Positions 26,819-37,207 of a DNA stretch of 59,762 nucleotides are shown in pieces. The stretch's first letter is position 1, and each line of letters starts with the position of its first letter. Position numbers and translations under genes: made by a program. Location: the IMG/VR virus record IMGVR_UViG_3300033148_002141, positions 1 to 59,762 of that record; one strand, 5' to 3'. The notes under the pieces were generated by a model, which was not told where the DNA came from, did not search any database, and was given only the letters and a program-made list of their open reading frames with translations. The stretch is from a virus. Taxonomy: Duplodnaviria > Caudoviricetes.

Positions 26819-29344
26819 ATGCCTCCACCCAGCTTTTCATCCGGACAGCCACACACCTGGACGGCATTGCAGACGTGCAATGCCAACGTCGCAATGGCCG
26901 AAGATACCTGGATCGGAATCGGTGCATCGGCGGAACGGCTGGTATTCGACGGTTCGGAGCACCGAATTGACTTGTATTTGCCAGACGACGAGGGAGGCGC
27001 GGCCTTCCGGGTGCTCAATTCGGACGGCAGCTTCATTCTGGACAACAACACGGAGAACACCGACGAATTCAACCCGCGATTCGTAGCTACCGCCAAGGGG
27101 GCGGACAACCGGCTGACGTTAATCGGCCGGACGAACGATGACACTGGTACATGGGCCCCAACGGTATTCGTGTCGGACTTGAACGGCAGCAGCGCTCTTT
27201 CTACGCGCCCGGCCTTCCAATGGTACAATTACGATACACTACTAGCGCAGCTTGATGCCAGTGGGAATTTGCGATTGCCGGGAAACGCACAAATTCTTCA
27301 TATAGGCTCTGGTTCCGCGGGCTCTTATAATCCGGCAATCGTGGTAGACCGACAAGTGACGGACGCCACGCAAAATGCGCATGCATTTGTGGACGAGTCG
27401 GTATACACGCTTGGTGCATCCAAGGCGGCCAATTCATTCGACGCCAAATGCCAAACCTCCGGTACGGCCAACTTAGACCATCTTCTTGCCTTTCAGGCTC
27501 GGCAGACACATAACAGTGATGGCACACTTGATGCGCTGGGCGGTTTTTCATCGTTTCCCAGCAATTCAGGAGGCAACATCACGGACGTCTACCATTTCAA
27601 ATGCAAAGACCTCCTGGGTGCCGGAACGTGTACCAATCAATATGGATTCTATGTGGAAGATAATCTCGACGCCGGCTCGGCGTTGAATTACGCCTTCTAC
27701 AATGCTGGTACTGCGCCGTCCTATTTTGTAGGCGACCTGGCTCTTGGTCTGACGCCCGCGCAGAGCGGCAGCCGCCTGGGAGTGAAAGTCAAAACAACTG
27801 GATCGTCAGATGGCATTTCCCTATTCAACATCGACAACACCGAAATTGCCAAGCTGTATACGGACGCCGGCAAAGATGCGGTGCTTGAATTGCTAGACAG
27901 TGGTGGCAATACCAAAATCAGCATACAGGCTGAAGGTGTTAGCTATTTCACTGGTGGCGATGTCGGGTTCGGCACAACTAATTCTCCGAGTTATCCGGTA
28001 GACGTGGGCGGTGTAATCCGCGCAGTAGTTGGTTCCGACTCGATTATGATGCTTGATGCCGGCAACGGAATTGCCCTAGATATTGATGCGCAATCCGGGT
28101 CATTCGCCGGGCTGAAAATCAATGACGGCACTGGGCCGATTTACCTTGGGGACGGAATAGCACAGAGCGGCACGGAATGCTTGGCCAACTTCATTGCGAC
28201 AGGGCTTGGTCACGTAAGGCTATTCGATGCGGATGCCAACCGCTCACTGGCCATTCAGAGCACCAACACTACAGTGATTGCCGCCGAGCGATACACGGCA
28301 AACGCGAATGGGGCTAACCTCGTTTTCTACAAATCCCGTAACGCAACACTCGGTTCCCATACCGCCGTACAAGCCGGAGATAGCTGCGGGGTAATCAGTG
28401 CCTACGGTAGCGACGGGGCGAACTTCGATGAAGTGGCGAGAATCTCCCTCCAGTGCGATTCGATTAGCGGAGGAAACATCGGCGGAAAGATTCTCTTCCA
28501 AACGGCGACAAGCGGTGGAGTGCTGACGGATCGCCTAACAATCTCGGAGACAGGTGCGGCCACGTTTGAGGCCAATGTGCATGCGGATGGTCAGATAGGG
28601 AGTAACACAGGTTTTTACGGGGGATATGGGGCGTATTACCAAATAGGAGATGGTAATTGGCGACTTACCAGACCGTACAACGAAGGATATATATTTAGAA
28701 TAACGTATCCTGATAAGGGGTTTGAGCTTCAGTCTACTTATAGCGGCCCTATCGTATTTAAGATAGAGGAGAATGGCGATACCGGCATCGGTACAACAAG
28801 TCCCGGAGCACGACTAGATGTCAAAGGTTCAACAAATGATGGAAGCACAAACGTATTGACGTGGCAGGATAGCGATGGGGCCAGCTTGGGTGTGATAGAC
28901 ACGAATGGCAATGTGGGTATTGGGACAACAAGCCCCGGAGCCCGATTAGACATCAAGGGTTCAACAAACGATGGAAGCACAAATATACTGACGTGGCAGG
29001 ATAGCGATGGGGCGAATCTAGGCGGAGTAAATACGCAGGGAAAGCTGACAACAGTAGGATCGCGAATCCACAAGGCTACTCTGGAAACGGGCACCACAAC
29101 GCTGGGCGATACCGATGAAGTAGTTGTCGTGGACACCGACAGCGGACCGGTGACAATCAATCTGCCGCCCGGAACGAATGGGCAGCATTACGTGATTACG
29201 AATGCGGGGAGTTCGGGCAACGATGTAACGCTCACGCCAGACGGAAGCGAGAATCTACTTCTGGTGAACGCGGATCAATTGCTACACGATGGCGAGACGC
29301 TGGCCTTGTATTATGAAGATGACAAAGGGTGGGTAGCGGCATGA
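26819..29344 (+). CDS. tail fibre / receptor-binding-like protein
   Basis: Gly/Thr/Asn-rich beta repeats, GNVGIGTTSP motifs, KSR..G....V..GD..G.I motif, C-terminal VDT..G.VTINLP domain. Confidence 0.78.
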   Translation: MPPPSFSSGQPHTWTALQTCNANVAMAEDTWIGIGASAERLVFDGSEHRIDLYLPDDEGGAAFRVLNSDGSFILDNNTENTDEFNPRFVATAKGADNRLTLIGRTNDDTGTWAPTVFVSDLNGSSALSTRPAFQWYNYDTLLAQLDASGNLRLPGNAQILHIGSGSAGSYNPAIVVDRQVTDATQNAHAFVDESVYTLGASKAANSFDAKCQTSGTANLDHLLAFQARQTHNSDGTLDALGGFSSFPSNSGGNITDVYHFKCKDLLGAGTCTNQYGFYVEDNLDAGSALNYAFYNAGTAPSYFVGDLALGLTPAQSGSRLGVKVKTTGSSDGISLFNIDNTEIAKLYTDAGKDAVLELLDSGGNTKISIQAEGVSYFTGGDVGFGTTNSPSYPVDVGGVIRAVVGSDSIMMLDAGNGIALDIDAQSGSFAGLKINDGTGPIYLGDGIAQSGTECLANFIATGLGHVRLFDADANRSLAIQSTNTTVIAAERYTANANGANLVFYKSRNATLGSHTAVQAGDSCGVISAYGSDGANFDEVARISLQCDSISGGNIGGKILFQTATSGGVLTDRLTISETGAATFEANVHADGQIGSNTGFYGGYGAYYQIGDGNWRLTRPYNEGYIFRITYPDKGFELQSTYSGPIVFKIEENGDTGIGTTSPGARLDVKGSTNDGSTNVLTWQDSDGASLGVIDTNGNVGIGTTSPGARLDIKGSTNDGSTNILTWQDSDGANLGGVNTQGKLTTVGSRIHKATLETGTTTLGDTDEVVVVDTDSGPVTINLPPGTNGQHYVITNAGSSGNDVTLTPDGSENLLLVNADQLLHDGETLALYYEDDKGWVAA
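28772..29035 (+). repeat. 132-bp (44-aa) tandem duplication within the fibre gene
   Basis: Units start at 28772 and 28904: NG..GIGTTSPGARLD.KGSTNDGSTN.LTWQDSDGA.LG. Confidence 0.9.
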
Positions 29345-29763
29345 GCCTGATTCGACTCACGGAAGCGTTGGGTATGCACCGGCTGGAAAAGACGGTGACG
29401 TTCTCGGGTGGCAGTGACCCGATAACTCTATTTACTGTGACTGGCGATGTGATCGTCCGGATCATCCCGATATGCAAGGATGATATTCAATCCACCGAGG
29501 CACCGAATATCAGTCTGGGAGTCGAGGGCGATGCCGACGCAATGATCTCCGATACGGTGGCCGAGGACTTGGCAACCGACGAGATTTGGATCGACGTGTC
29601 GCCGGACAGCAAGGTCGAAGCGGCGGACGCTATTCGGGCGTACATCATAAGTGGTGGCAACGACGTGATTCTCACGCCGGATGACACGATTGATTCCGGC
29701 GAGATCGTATTCTACTGCTACTGGAGCCCGCTGAGCACAGACGGGAAAGTCGAGGCGGCGTAA
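29341..29763 (+). CDS. acidic beta-rich putative virion protein
   Basis: ATGA overlap with the fibre gene. Confidence 0.6.
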   Translation: MSLIRLTEALGMHRLEKTVTFSGGSDPITLFTVTGDVIVRIIPICKDDIQSTEAPNISLGVEGDADAMISDTVAEDLATDEIWIDVSPDSKVEAADAIRAYIISGGNDVILTPDDTIDSGEIVFYCYWSPLSTDGKVEAA

Positions 29764-29779
29764 TACGGGGGTATTTGCT

Positions 29780-30229
29780 ATGGGCTACATCGCTGGAAAG
29801 CAAACGATAGCGGACCAAATCGCCATTGCGGCCAGGCACTTGAACGCTGTCAGTTACGTGTATCCGAGCCTGGCCGATGGTGTGTTGCTGACGGCTGCCG
29901 CTGGCGCATGGGCCATGCCAGACCCAATAACCTATACAACGATCCTCCCCGCGAATCAGGTTCCCTTTGATTACGTATTGCATTTCGTGTCCATCGAAGC
30001 AATCAGCGACAACGATGTATACCAACTCTTCCTGTACAGCGGCGCCGATGGCGAGGAAACCCAAATCACGGCGAAGCGATTCGTCCGGACGGACAAGCGG
30101 GACTCCGTATTTGGGCTGAAGATTGCGATGCCGATTCAGAAGGCGAATACACCAATCAAGGGGATATTGGCGTGCAAAAGTGCGTCGCAATACACGGCGA
30201 GGGTGTCGCTGGAATACTACCCGTACTGA
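29780..30229 (+). CDS. hypothetical (putative virion-associated) protein
   Basis: Operon context. Confidence 0.6.
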   Translation: MGYIAGKQTIADQIAIAARHLNAVSYVYPSLADGVLLTAAAGAWAMPDPITYTTILPANQVPFDYVLHFVSIEAISDNDVYQLFLYSGADGEETQITAKRFVRTDKRDSVFGLKIAMPIQKANTPIKGILACKSASQYTARVSLEYYPY

Positions 30230-30254
30230 GGAAGCGTATTACAGGAGCAATGCA

Positions 30255-30473
30255 ATGCAAGATAGGGCCAGACCATTGAAAACCGTTCGGCAGCACAACG
30301 CGGAGCGGCTGGCATTGCATAAGAACAGCCGTAAGCCGACGCCTTCCGGTATTGCGTGCCCGTCATGTGGTGCGGAAATGGTTGGACAATCCGACACAAT
30401 TCTGTTATCGCATCCGCCTCAGGTGATGATTTATTGCCCGGAATGCGGACAACGCGAAACCGTTTACGTATAG
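30255..30473 (+). CDS. zinc-ribbon protein (copy 1)
   Basis: GIACPSCG...CPECG. Confidence 0.75.
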   Translation: MQDRARPLKTVRQHNAERLALHKNSRKPTPSGIACPSCGAEMVGQSDTILLSHPPQVMIYCPECGQRETVYV

Positions 30474-30522
30474 GGGGAAAGACGTGGAAATCACCCAGCT
30501 TACCTGTAATGAGGAGTGAATC

Positions 30523-30843
30523 ATGACTGGCGAAATGTACATGAAAGAATCGGCTGCAGGCGTGACGCCGTACGCGCACCTACGCGACGACTCCAACGGG
30601 CAGCTATGGGATTGCGTGGGTCCGCAATTCACCACCGAAGTATTGGAGAGTGTCACGAACTGCAATAATGATTTGACCATGATTGCGCCATATCGCTATC
30701 ACGGCGACATTCCGAGCGGTGTGCCTCGGGGACGATATTTCCTCGAATACTTCACGAGGACCACTGGCCAAAATCCGGCATGGGATGACGATCCAGAAGG
30801 CGAACACGTAGCTAAAGGCCAAATTGGCCTATGTAGCAATTGA
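30523..30843 (+). pseudogene. truncated paralog of 31494-32030
   Basis: Near-identical to the first ~90 aa of the 31494 product, then unrelated tail and stop. Confidence 0.65.
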
Positions 30844-30913
30844 CCAAGCCTATTCGGCTACAATCGCATTGAATGGGTATCCTTACTAAGACACGTATTA
30901 CAGGAGCAATGCA

Positions 30914-31132
30914 ATGCAAGGTATGGCCAGGCCATCGAAAACCGTTCGACAGCATAACGCGGAGCGGCTACAATTCTACAAGAACACCGGCAGGCGGAAG
31001 CCGGCCGGCATTGCGTGCCCGTGGTGTGGCGAGGGAATGGTTCAAGAATCCGACACAATTCTGTTATCGGAGCCGCCTAAGGTGATGGTTACTTGCCCAC
31101 ACTGCGGACAACGCGAAAGCGTATATCTATAG
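30914..31132 (+). CDS. zinc-ribbon protein (copy 2)
   Basis: GIACPWCG...CPHCG. Confidence 0.75.
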   Translation: MQGMARPSKTVRQHNAERLQFYKNTGRRKPAGIACPWCGEGMVQESDTILLSEPPKVMVTCPHCGQRESVYL

Positions 31133-31141
31133 GAGGCAGGT

Positions 31142-31465
31142 ATGGAAATCACGTTGACTATTCCACCCGAGAAAGAAGCCCAGGTGATGACGTGGTTTCT
31201 TTCGGTGCATCCCAACGACAGACACGTAACGGTTCAGCAGCCGAACCCGGAATACGTGTCACCCGAAGAAACGCCCGACGTGCCGGAAACCCTTTGGGTC
31301 TTGCAGCCGGCTTTCACGGATCAGGAGTGGTTGGAATACGTGGTAGAAGACATGCTCTGGCAGCGGATTCTACAAGGGGCGGATCGGCAACTCGAAGCGG
31401 AAGCCAAGGCCAAGCGGCCGAAGAGGGCTGAACACATACGGCGTGGGCGGACGGTACAACGCTAA
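31142..31465 (+). CDS. hypothetical protein (possible fibre assembly factor)
   Basis: AGGAGG SD; PNPEY..PEETP motif. Confidence 0.6.
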   Translation: MEITLTIPPEKEAQVMTWFLSVHPNDRHVTVQQPNPEYVSPEETPDVPETLWVLQPAFTDQEWLEYVVEDMLWQRILQGADRQLEAEAKAKRPKRAEHIRRGRTVQR

Positions 31466-31493
31466 TCAGCTTACCTATAATGAGTGGTGAATC

Positions 31494-32030
31494 ATGGCTG
31501 GTGAAATGTACATGACCGAATCGGCGGCCGGCGTGACGCCGTACACACATTTACGCGACGACTCCAACGGGCAGCTATGGGATCGCGTGAATGAGGAGTT
31601 CACCACCGAGGTCTCGGCGAACGTCACGAACTACAATCTCGATTTGACTATGATTGCGCCGTATCGTTATCACGGCGACATTCCCAGCGGTGTGCCTCGG
31701 GGACGATATTTCCTCGAATACTTCACGAGGACCACTGGCCAAAATCCGGCATGGGATGACGATCACAAAGGGACCAGCGCACCGTTCGATTACAACGGGT
31801 CGACGATTCTCCCAACTGCGCTGGACGTGCTTTCTGCGGGTATGGCGTCCATCGAATCCGCGACTACGCCGGAAGCAGATTCCGTCTACACCGTCATCGC
31901 CGGGCGTTTCCACGCGACCATTTCCGGGACCACGCTCACCATCTACGAAAACGACGACACCACCGTACACGCGACCAAGACAGTAGCTACTGACGCGGGT
32001 GCTGCCCCGGTGACGGGAGTCAGTACATGA
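31494..32030 (+). CDS. putative virion-associated protein
   Basis: C-terminal GTTLTIYENDDTT...PVTGV. Confidence 0.65.
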   Translation: MAGEMYMTESAAGVTPYTHLRDDSNGQLWDRVNEEFTTEVSANVTNYNLDLTMIAPYRYHGDIPSGVPRGRYFLEYFTRTTGQNPAWDDDHKGTSAPFDYNGSTILPTALDVLSAGMASIESATTPEADSVYTVIAGRFHATISGTTLTIYENDDTTVHATKTVATDAGAAPVTGVST

Positions 32031-32200
32031 GCGAGCAGGCAGGATTCTGGGATTTCTTCGGCTGGTATTCGTCGATCTCCACGCGCGACGACACGATCAC
32101 TCGAATTGATCGTACCGAGGATGTGGTTCATCGCACCACAATCAGCAGCGACGTACTGCCGCGCGTTGACCGAACGAGCGATACCGTAACTCGTCCGTAA
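32027..32200 (+). CDS. small hypothetical protein
   Basis: ATGA overlap; MSEQAGFWDFFGWYSS...VTRP* read manually. Confidence 0.5.
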   Translation: MSEQAGFWDFFGWYSSISTRDDTITRIDRTEDVVHRTTISSDVLPRVDRTSDTVTRP

Positions 32201-32201
32201 G

Positions 32202-32372
32202 CTATTTGCGACGACGCCTTTTCTTGGCAGTCTTCCGTTTCTTCTTCGGCGGTCGGCCCGTGGCCAATGCCTGTCCGGATTCTGCCTGGGCTATGCGCGC
32301 CGCCTTGGATTTGCTGTAGCCCTGTCTGCGTAATGCCGAATAGATGCGCTCTACTTTTGTGCCTTGTGGCAT
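32202..32372 (-). CDS. small basic protein (IYSALRRQGYSKSKAARIA + Lys/Arg tail)
   Basis: Read manually; TGATG coupling with the 32372 gene; likely nucleic-acid binding. Confidence 0.65.
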   Translation of the reverse strand: MPQGTKVERIYSALRRQGYSKSKAARIAQAESGQALATGRPPKKKRKTAKKRRRRK

Positions 32373-35300
32373 CATCGACCCTCCTTCTTGCGTTGGGCCA
32401 CGAGATCCCGAATCGCCTTATCGAGCGCCCGCTGTATTCGCATCTGCTTGTTCAATTCAGCCAACCGCTCAGGCGATGCTGTCTCGCGCGCCCGCTTGGT
32501 GATATAGAGCCTCTTCATTTCGCCGATCTCTGGCGCTTGCCGGGCTAATTCCTGCCATGCTTCGCGAAGCTCGAATACCCGTTGGCGCGGCAAGTCGTAA
32601 GTCCCGATCTGTACTCCGGTGAGCAGGTCCAACAGCGCGTAGGCTGGCGGTTTGCGCTTCTCTCGACCGGGCCAGAAATACGCCGCCTCCTGTCCGGTCC
32701 GAATGGCCCGGGCTACGGGCGTTCCCATCAGCAGCGTATCCAGAATGGGACTCAGCACATCCACACTGGGAACCCCCGTTTTGGGAAGCACGGGGCGCAT
32801 GTATTTCAACTCGCGCCCCGAGAACGGATCACGTTTCGCGGCCAGCTTGTACGCCGTGGTGAAGATCGGATGTGTCTGCGCGAAGTATCGTTCGCCGGTC
32901 CGAATCGGGTCCAGCAGACCGTGCGCGAACGTGATGTTGCTCAAATCCTCAATGGAGAGGCCGAACTTTCTCAGGAAGTGGGCCTCGGTATCGTCGCCAC
33001 CGGGGAGCCGGATAGCCGTCCTCTCGCGCAGCCATTTCGGCAGATAGCCGCCGCCCTCCCGCCGGATGGCGTTAATCAATCGCAAAGTTTGGGCGTGTCG
33101 CCCGCCCGGTGCGTTCAACAATTGGCCAAGCTGATATGGGATATTATTCGACATGAATCCCCAGAAGGGCACCAATCGCCGCATAGCACGCTGAACACCA
33201 TAGTGGACATGCTGCCCCCGGCCACCCAGGGCGTAGTTGTATTGAATTGTGTCCACGATATGCTTCGCTTCGGCAGGCGTATACCCGGCCTTGCGGAGCG
33301 CCATGTAAGCTGGAACCCGGTTCTGGTATTCGACCCACGCATACGCCCGTTCGCCGGTGTCACGGAAGCTCTTGAGCAACTTTTGCGGCGTCCTGGTGCC
33401 GGGAATATCGGCCCACGGCTCCTGTTTCGCAATCCTACTAGGCTTCAGTGGCTTGAAGATCGCAAACATCCGCTCGGCCGGCATTGCCTCGGCACCTTCG
33501 CCGGCAATGTCCTCGATGCGCCCGCCTTTCAGCAGTTGCAAATCGAGCAACTTCGCTTCGTCACCGAATTGCGATGCTTCGCCCCGCAGCCATTTCTGGG
33601 CTTCCTTGTGGCCCCACCACAGATGTTTGAAGGCATCTTCCGGCAAGCCGGCGATGTTTCTCCACTGACCGTCAACCCAATTCCTGAAATGGAAAGCGGG
33701 CCAGAATAGCGTCAATCCCTGTTTCGTCGCGTCGGTCCAAGTATCGTACAGTTGGGCCAAGCGACTCCTGGTCTTGGGCTCCATGATTTCGACGTAGCGC
33801 CCCAAGACCTGCGGAATCTTCTCCGGCACATGAATCCTGGACGCAGCCTCCGCCATTTCCTCAGCGGTCTCGAAGGTCTGTCCAGTAAAGTCCCGGACAA
33901 ACGTATTCAGCCCGCGTTCATGGAGCAATCTTCGGCCCTGCTTCGATTGGACTGCGTGCCAGGCATCCGCTATGGGCATCATACCCTCGGGAGGCTCATC
34001 AGCTGTCTTGGCCACAGTGCGCAGGATATTGTGGATCGTATGCAGATTCGCCAGTGATACCGCCAGATGCTCCGCGTAGTCCATCCAATCTTCGACCAGC
34101 GAACGGTCGAATAGGCCCGTGTCAAGCACTTCTTCCGGCAGTTTGGACAGATACTTGCTGAGAGTCTCGGCTACCGACGGTTGGGCGAGGGTCAGCACCT
34201 CTGCCTTTTTGTCGTATTTCCAACCTTCTCGCTTTAAGGCTTCAATTGCTTCGTCACTCAGGCTCCCCGCATCCTGACTGAGCGTGCGCCCTTCCCTGAG
34301 CCGCTTCAATTCGTCCAGGAGTTCCTCGGGGGTAATCCGCCCCGCTTCCAATGCCGGCTGGTAATGGCGCAGGGCAGCGGGTTGCAGGTATTTGTAGTAC
34401 GCTAAATCCTGTTGCATTTTGCTGACTGCTGCCCTCTTGCCGTAGGTGACGCCGTAGGATTCCAATTCCGCCCGCAAAGCCTTCTTCAAGTCGTCGATCG
34501 GCCATCCCTTCGTGGCAGTCAGCAATTGCTCTCTCGACATCCGGTTGACAGTATAGCTTCCCTCGGGAATATTCTTCAGTACGTCATGCCGAGCGGAAGC
34601 GAATGGAAATCCGGTGGGCAACAATCTTCGGGCTACTTGTTCGTCCCATGCCTTGGCCGCGCGCTTATTTGACGGCCTCCGTGGGAACTGCTTGATATAC
34701 ACATCGTCCAACCATTCACCCCGTCCGCCCAATTCCCGGAATCTCTTGTAACCGAGGTCCTTGACCTGGATCATCGCATCAAGAACCTTGTGCAACCGGC
34801 GTGAGAATTCGTGGACGCCGGGCAGGTCGCCTGAATCAAACAGGCGGGCGATCTCCTCTGCCGCGAGCGGTTGCGTGGCGTCGAGTTCCGACGCCTTTTC
34901 CGCCACGAACCGCCGGAATTCAAGAAAATCGCCTACGGCCTTCTCATCTTTGGCCAACTTGGAGCGTTCAGCTAATTCCTTGTATAACTCCCCTAACTCA
35001 TTGATCTCGTTTTTGAATATAGGCAGCGTGTTCCGCGTGGCTCCAGCGATATTCTGGAACTCAGCAAACGTTTTATCAACTGCCATCTGTTCAAGCGGGT
35101 CCCAGACGCCACCAACCTTTTTGCTCCACAGATACCGCATCACACGCATTGGTGACGCCCGGCCGTAATGGAGACCCTCATAGAATCTGGCGGCCTTTTC
35201 GCTGCCCGCGCCAAAGACGGCCAGCGGCTTTTTGGCAAAGGGAATCTTCAGTGCCATCAACCCGCGTTCTTCTGCGCGGATTTCGTCAGCAATCGCCTTG

Positions 35301-35857
35301 GGGGTGACGCCGAGAAGCCGGAATCCACCCTTCTTCCCCGCTTCCGCGACGTGAGAGACCGTTTCCGCCACCTCCTTGACACCTCGGCCTGCCTCCGCCG
35401 CTTTTCTTCCGGCTGCCGTCAACGATTTTGCCGGCCCAGATAGCAATATCAACGGATCGAGTGCTACCTCGGCCCCGAATCCGGCCACGTCCCACCAATC
35501 GAACCCGGGAGCGTTCTCCGGGGCAATTCCCCACTTCTCCAGCAGATCACGGCCAGACACGCGCTCCTTTGGCTCGGTAATCCCGAGCGTGTCCGAGAAC
35601 GGAATCAAATTCAGGAGTTGTTCCGGTTCGCCCGCCAACAGCCCCCGTAATGCGGCTCCCGGCTTATCGAGCGTTTCTCCTGCGTATTGAAGGAATCCCA
35701 GCGATCGGGCCAGCAGTGATTCGGTCTCTTCCTCTGTGAGCGGTTCGACTGGCGGGGACCACGGCGCACGCGGTCTCTGTCCCGGCTGCGGAAGCGTGAG
35801 GGCTCGCAATGTTGGCAATGCTGGTAATGGAGGTAGCGGCATTGGTTCAAGTTCCAA
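32372..35857 (-). CDS. large internal virion / DNA ejection protein
   Basis: 1161 aa, helical, last large gene of a podovirus-like virion operon; FHFRN and RLVPFW motifs. Confidence 0.6.
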   Translation of the reverse strand: MELEPMPLPPLPALPTLRALTLPQPGQRPRAPWSPPVEPLTEEETESLLARSLGFLQYAGETLDKPGAALRGLLAGEPEQLLNLIPFSDTLGITEPKERVSGRDLLEKWGIAPENAPGFDWWDVAGFGAEVALDPLILLSGPAKSLTAAGRKAAEAGRGVKEVAETVSHVAEAGKKGGFRLLGVTPKAIADEIRAEERGLMALKIPFAKKPLAVFGAGSEKAARFYEGLHYGRASPMRVMRYLWSKKVGGVWDPLEQMAVDKTFAEFQNIAGATRNTLPIFKNEINELGELYKELAERSKLAKDEKAVGDFLEFRRFVAEKASELDATQPLAAEEIARLFDSGDLPGVHEFSRRLHKVLDAMIQVKDLGYKRFRELGGRGEWLDDVYIKQFPRRPSNKRAAKAWDEQVARRLLPTGFPFASARHDVLKNIPEGSYTVNRMSREQLLTATKGWPIDDLKKALRAELESYGVTYGKRAAVSKMQQDLAYYKYLQPAALRHYQPALEAGRITPEELLDELKRLREGRTLSQDAGSLSDEAIEALKREGWKYDKKAEVLTLAQPSVAETLSKYLSKLPEEVLDTGLFDRSLVEDWMDYAEHLAVSLANLHTIHNILRTVAKTADEPPEGMMPIADAWHAVQSKQGRRLLHERGLNTFVRDFTGQTFETAEEMAEAASRIHVPEKIPQVLGRYVEIMEPKTRSRLAQLYDTWTDATKQGLTLFWPAFHFRNWVDGQWRNIAGLPEDAFKHLWWGHKEAQKWLRGEASQFGDEAKLLDLQLLKGGRIEDIAGEGAEAMPAERMFAIFKPLKPSRIAKQEPWADIPGTRTPQKLLKSFRDTGERAYAWVEYQNRVPAYMALRKAGYTPAEAKHIVDTIQYNYALGGRGQHVHYGVQRAMRRLVPFWGFMSNNIPYQLGQLLNAPGGRHAQTLRLINAIRREGGGYLPKWLRERTAIRLPGGDDTEAHFLRKFGLSIEDLSNITFAHGLLDPIRTGERYFAQTHPIFTTAYKLAAKRDPFSGRELKYMRPVLPKTGVPSVDVLSPILDTLLMGTPVARAIRTGQEAAYFWPGREKRKPPAYALLDLLTGVQIGTYDLPRQRVFELREAWQELARQAPEIGEMKRLYITKRARETASPERLAELNKQMRIQRALDKAIRDLVAQRKKEGR

Positions 35858-35860
35858 ATA

Positions 35861-37195
35861 TCATAGATACGGCTGTATAGGCTCCATAGGCATGTTCTTC
35901 CCTGACTCTAAGAAGACTCCTGCCATCGGGTCGATGACATTTTCTCGTATCCACCTCCCGAGCGACTTTCCCGATTTATCCGGCGGCCATAGTTTGTTCG
36001 CTTCGGTCTGGGCAACCTCTTCCGAGGCACCGCGCTCACGCATCTTGGCCACGAATTCGTCGCGGTCCTTGCTCTCTTTGGCAATCTCGGCAATTTCATT
36101 CGGCCCCAGATGTCGCCCGCCACCAGGCAGCGGTGGAGACGCACCACCAGGCGGCGGTGGAGGGCCGCCAGCAGGCAGCGGTGAAGGACCGCCGGCAAAG
36201 GTGTCGGCCACCAGGTCCAGCACAATGCCCGGCACAGGTACGCCTTGCGGCCAGTTGCCCAGAATGGAACCCAAGATTTGCATACGCTGATACCGCGGAT
36301 CAGTTGCAAGTTGCGCTTCCGTTTCCGCTCTTGTCATTGCGGCCTGTGCGGCAATTGCTTCCGGTCCATAGACCGCCAACATATCCGCCAAGCGATTGCC
36401 GCCCTCGACCAACCGTTGCTCGGCGGGCGTTCGTCCGGCTGCCCGGGCACGGACATTCAATGCCCGCGATTCAATCGGGGCCTGCATCGCAGCCGCGCGT
36501 GTCGCGGCCCTTTCTTCCATCGCCTCGTAGGCTTCCGGGGATCGTTCACGAAATGCTTCCGTCGTGGACATCGGCCTCGTTGCCGGATACCGCATCGGCC
36601 CCTTCCATGCGCCCGGCCAACTGGTCGGAGCTTCGCCGCGCCGCGCTTGTTCGCCAGCGGCCTTGGCCATCTCCATGTAAACGCGCGGATCACGGAGAGC
36701 TGGGTCCTGGGCGTCGATTTCCCACACGGTCGGCTCGTCGGCTGCCCGGAAATCGCCTCGCCATGCCCGGTACGCATTGATCCGTTCCCGTTCCTCCGGC
36801 GTCAATTGCGGCGGTTCGGGCACCGGGAATGTCAGGCCAGCCAGTGGCGACAATTGGGTTCGATCATAGACATTGGGCAGTTCCTCCACTTCCTCCATTG
36901 GAGTCATCGCGCCGCTGCGCCTTCCGCCTCGCTTCTCCAGAAGCATTCTGTGAATATGAGCCAGTTGTCCCGGCTCAGCAGCGTTTTCGATGGCATATTG
37001 AATAGCATTGTTCTCACGTCTCAATGCCTCGTACTCCCGTTGCAATGCTTCCAACTCCGGGTCGCTCGGAATTGGCGGGGGCGTCGGGACAATAGGCGCG
37101 GCCGGCATAGGCACCGGCGACGCGGCCAGGGCCGTCGACATCGGCAGCATCCCGGGGATGCCAGTCCAGGCGTTGGTGAATGGGATCCGGGACAT
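35861..37195 (-). CDS. putative ejection protein (Pro/Ala-rich)
   Basis: Position and composition. Confidence 0.55.
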   Translation of the reverse strand: MSRIPFTNAWTGIPGMLPMSTALAASPVPMPAAPIVPTPPPIPSDPELEALQREYEALRRENNAIQYAIENAAEPGQLAHIHRMLLEKRGGRRSGAMTPMEEVEELPNVYDRTQLSPLAGLTFPVPEPPQLTPEERERINAYRAWRGDFRAADEPTVWEIDAQDPALRDPRVYMEMAKAAGEQARRGEAPTSWPGAWKGPMRYPATRPMSTTEAFRERSPEAYEAMEERAATRAAAMQAPIESRALNVRARAAGRTPAEQRLVEGGNRLADMLAVYGPEAIAAQAAMTRAETEAQLATDPRYQRMQILGSILGNWPQGVPVPGIVLDLVADTFAGGPSPLPAGGPPPPPGGASPPLPGGGRHLGPNEIAEIAKESKDRDEFVAKMRERGASEEVAQTEANKLWPPDKSGKSLGRWIRENVIDPMAGVFLESGKNMPMEPIQPYL

Positions 37196-37207
37196 CGTTC
37201 GTACTCC

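Larger units (their letters stand above)
30235..31764 (+). repeat. imperfect tandem duplication: 30235-30793 vs 30894-31764
   Basis: Both copies begin CGTATTACAGGAGCAATGCAATGCAAG; copy 1 lacks most of gene 31142 and is truncated after WDDD. Confidence 0.9.

Noticed and set aside
1-31764. Diversity-generating retroelement (near-identical repeat pairs as TR/VR)
   Set aside because: No reverse transcriptase ORF in the window, and mismatches between repeat copies are not confined to adenines of one copy
26000-32210. Gin/Cin-type invertible tail-fibre segment
   Set aside because: No inverted repeats seen at the module boundaries, and the recombinase is 25 kb away
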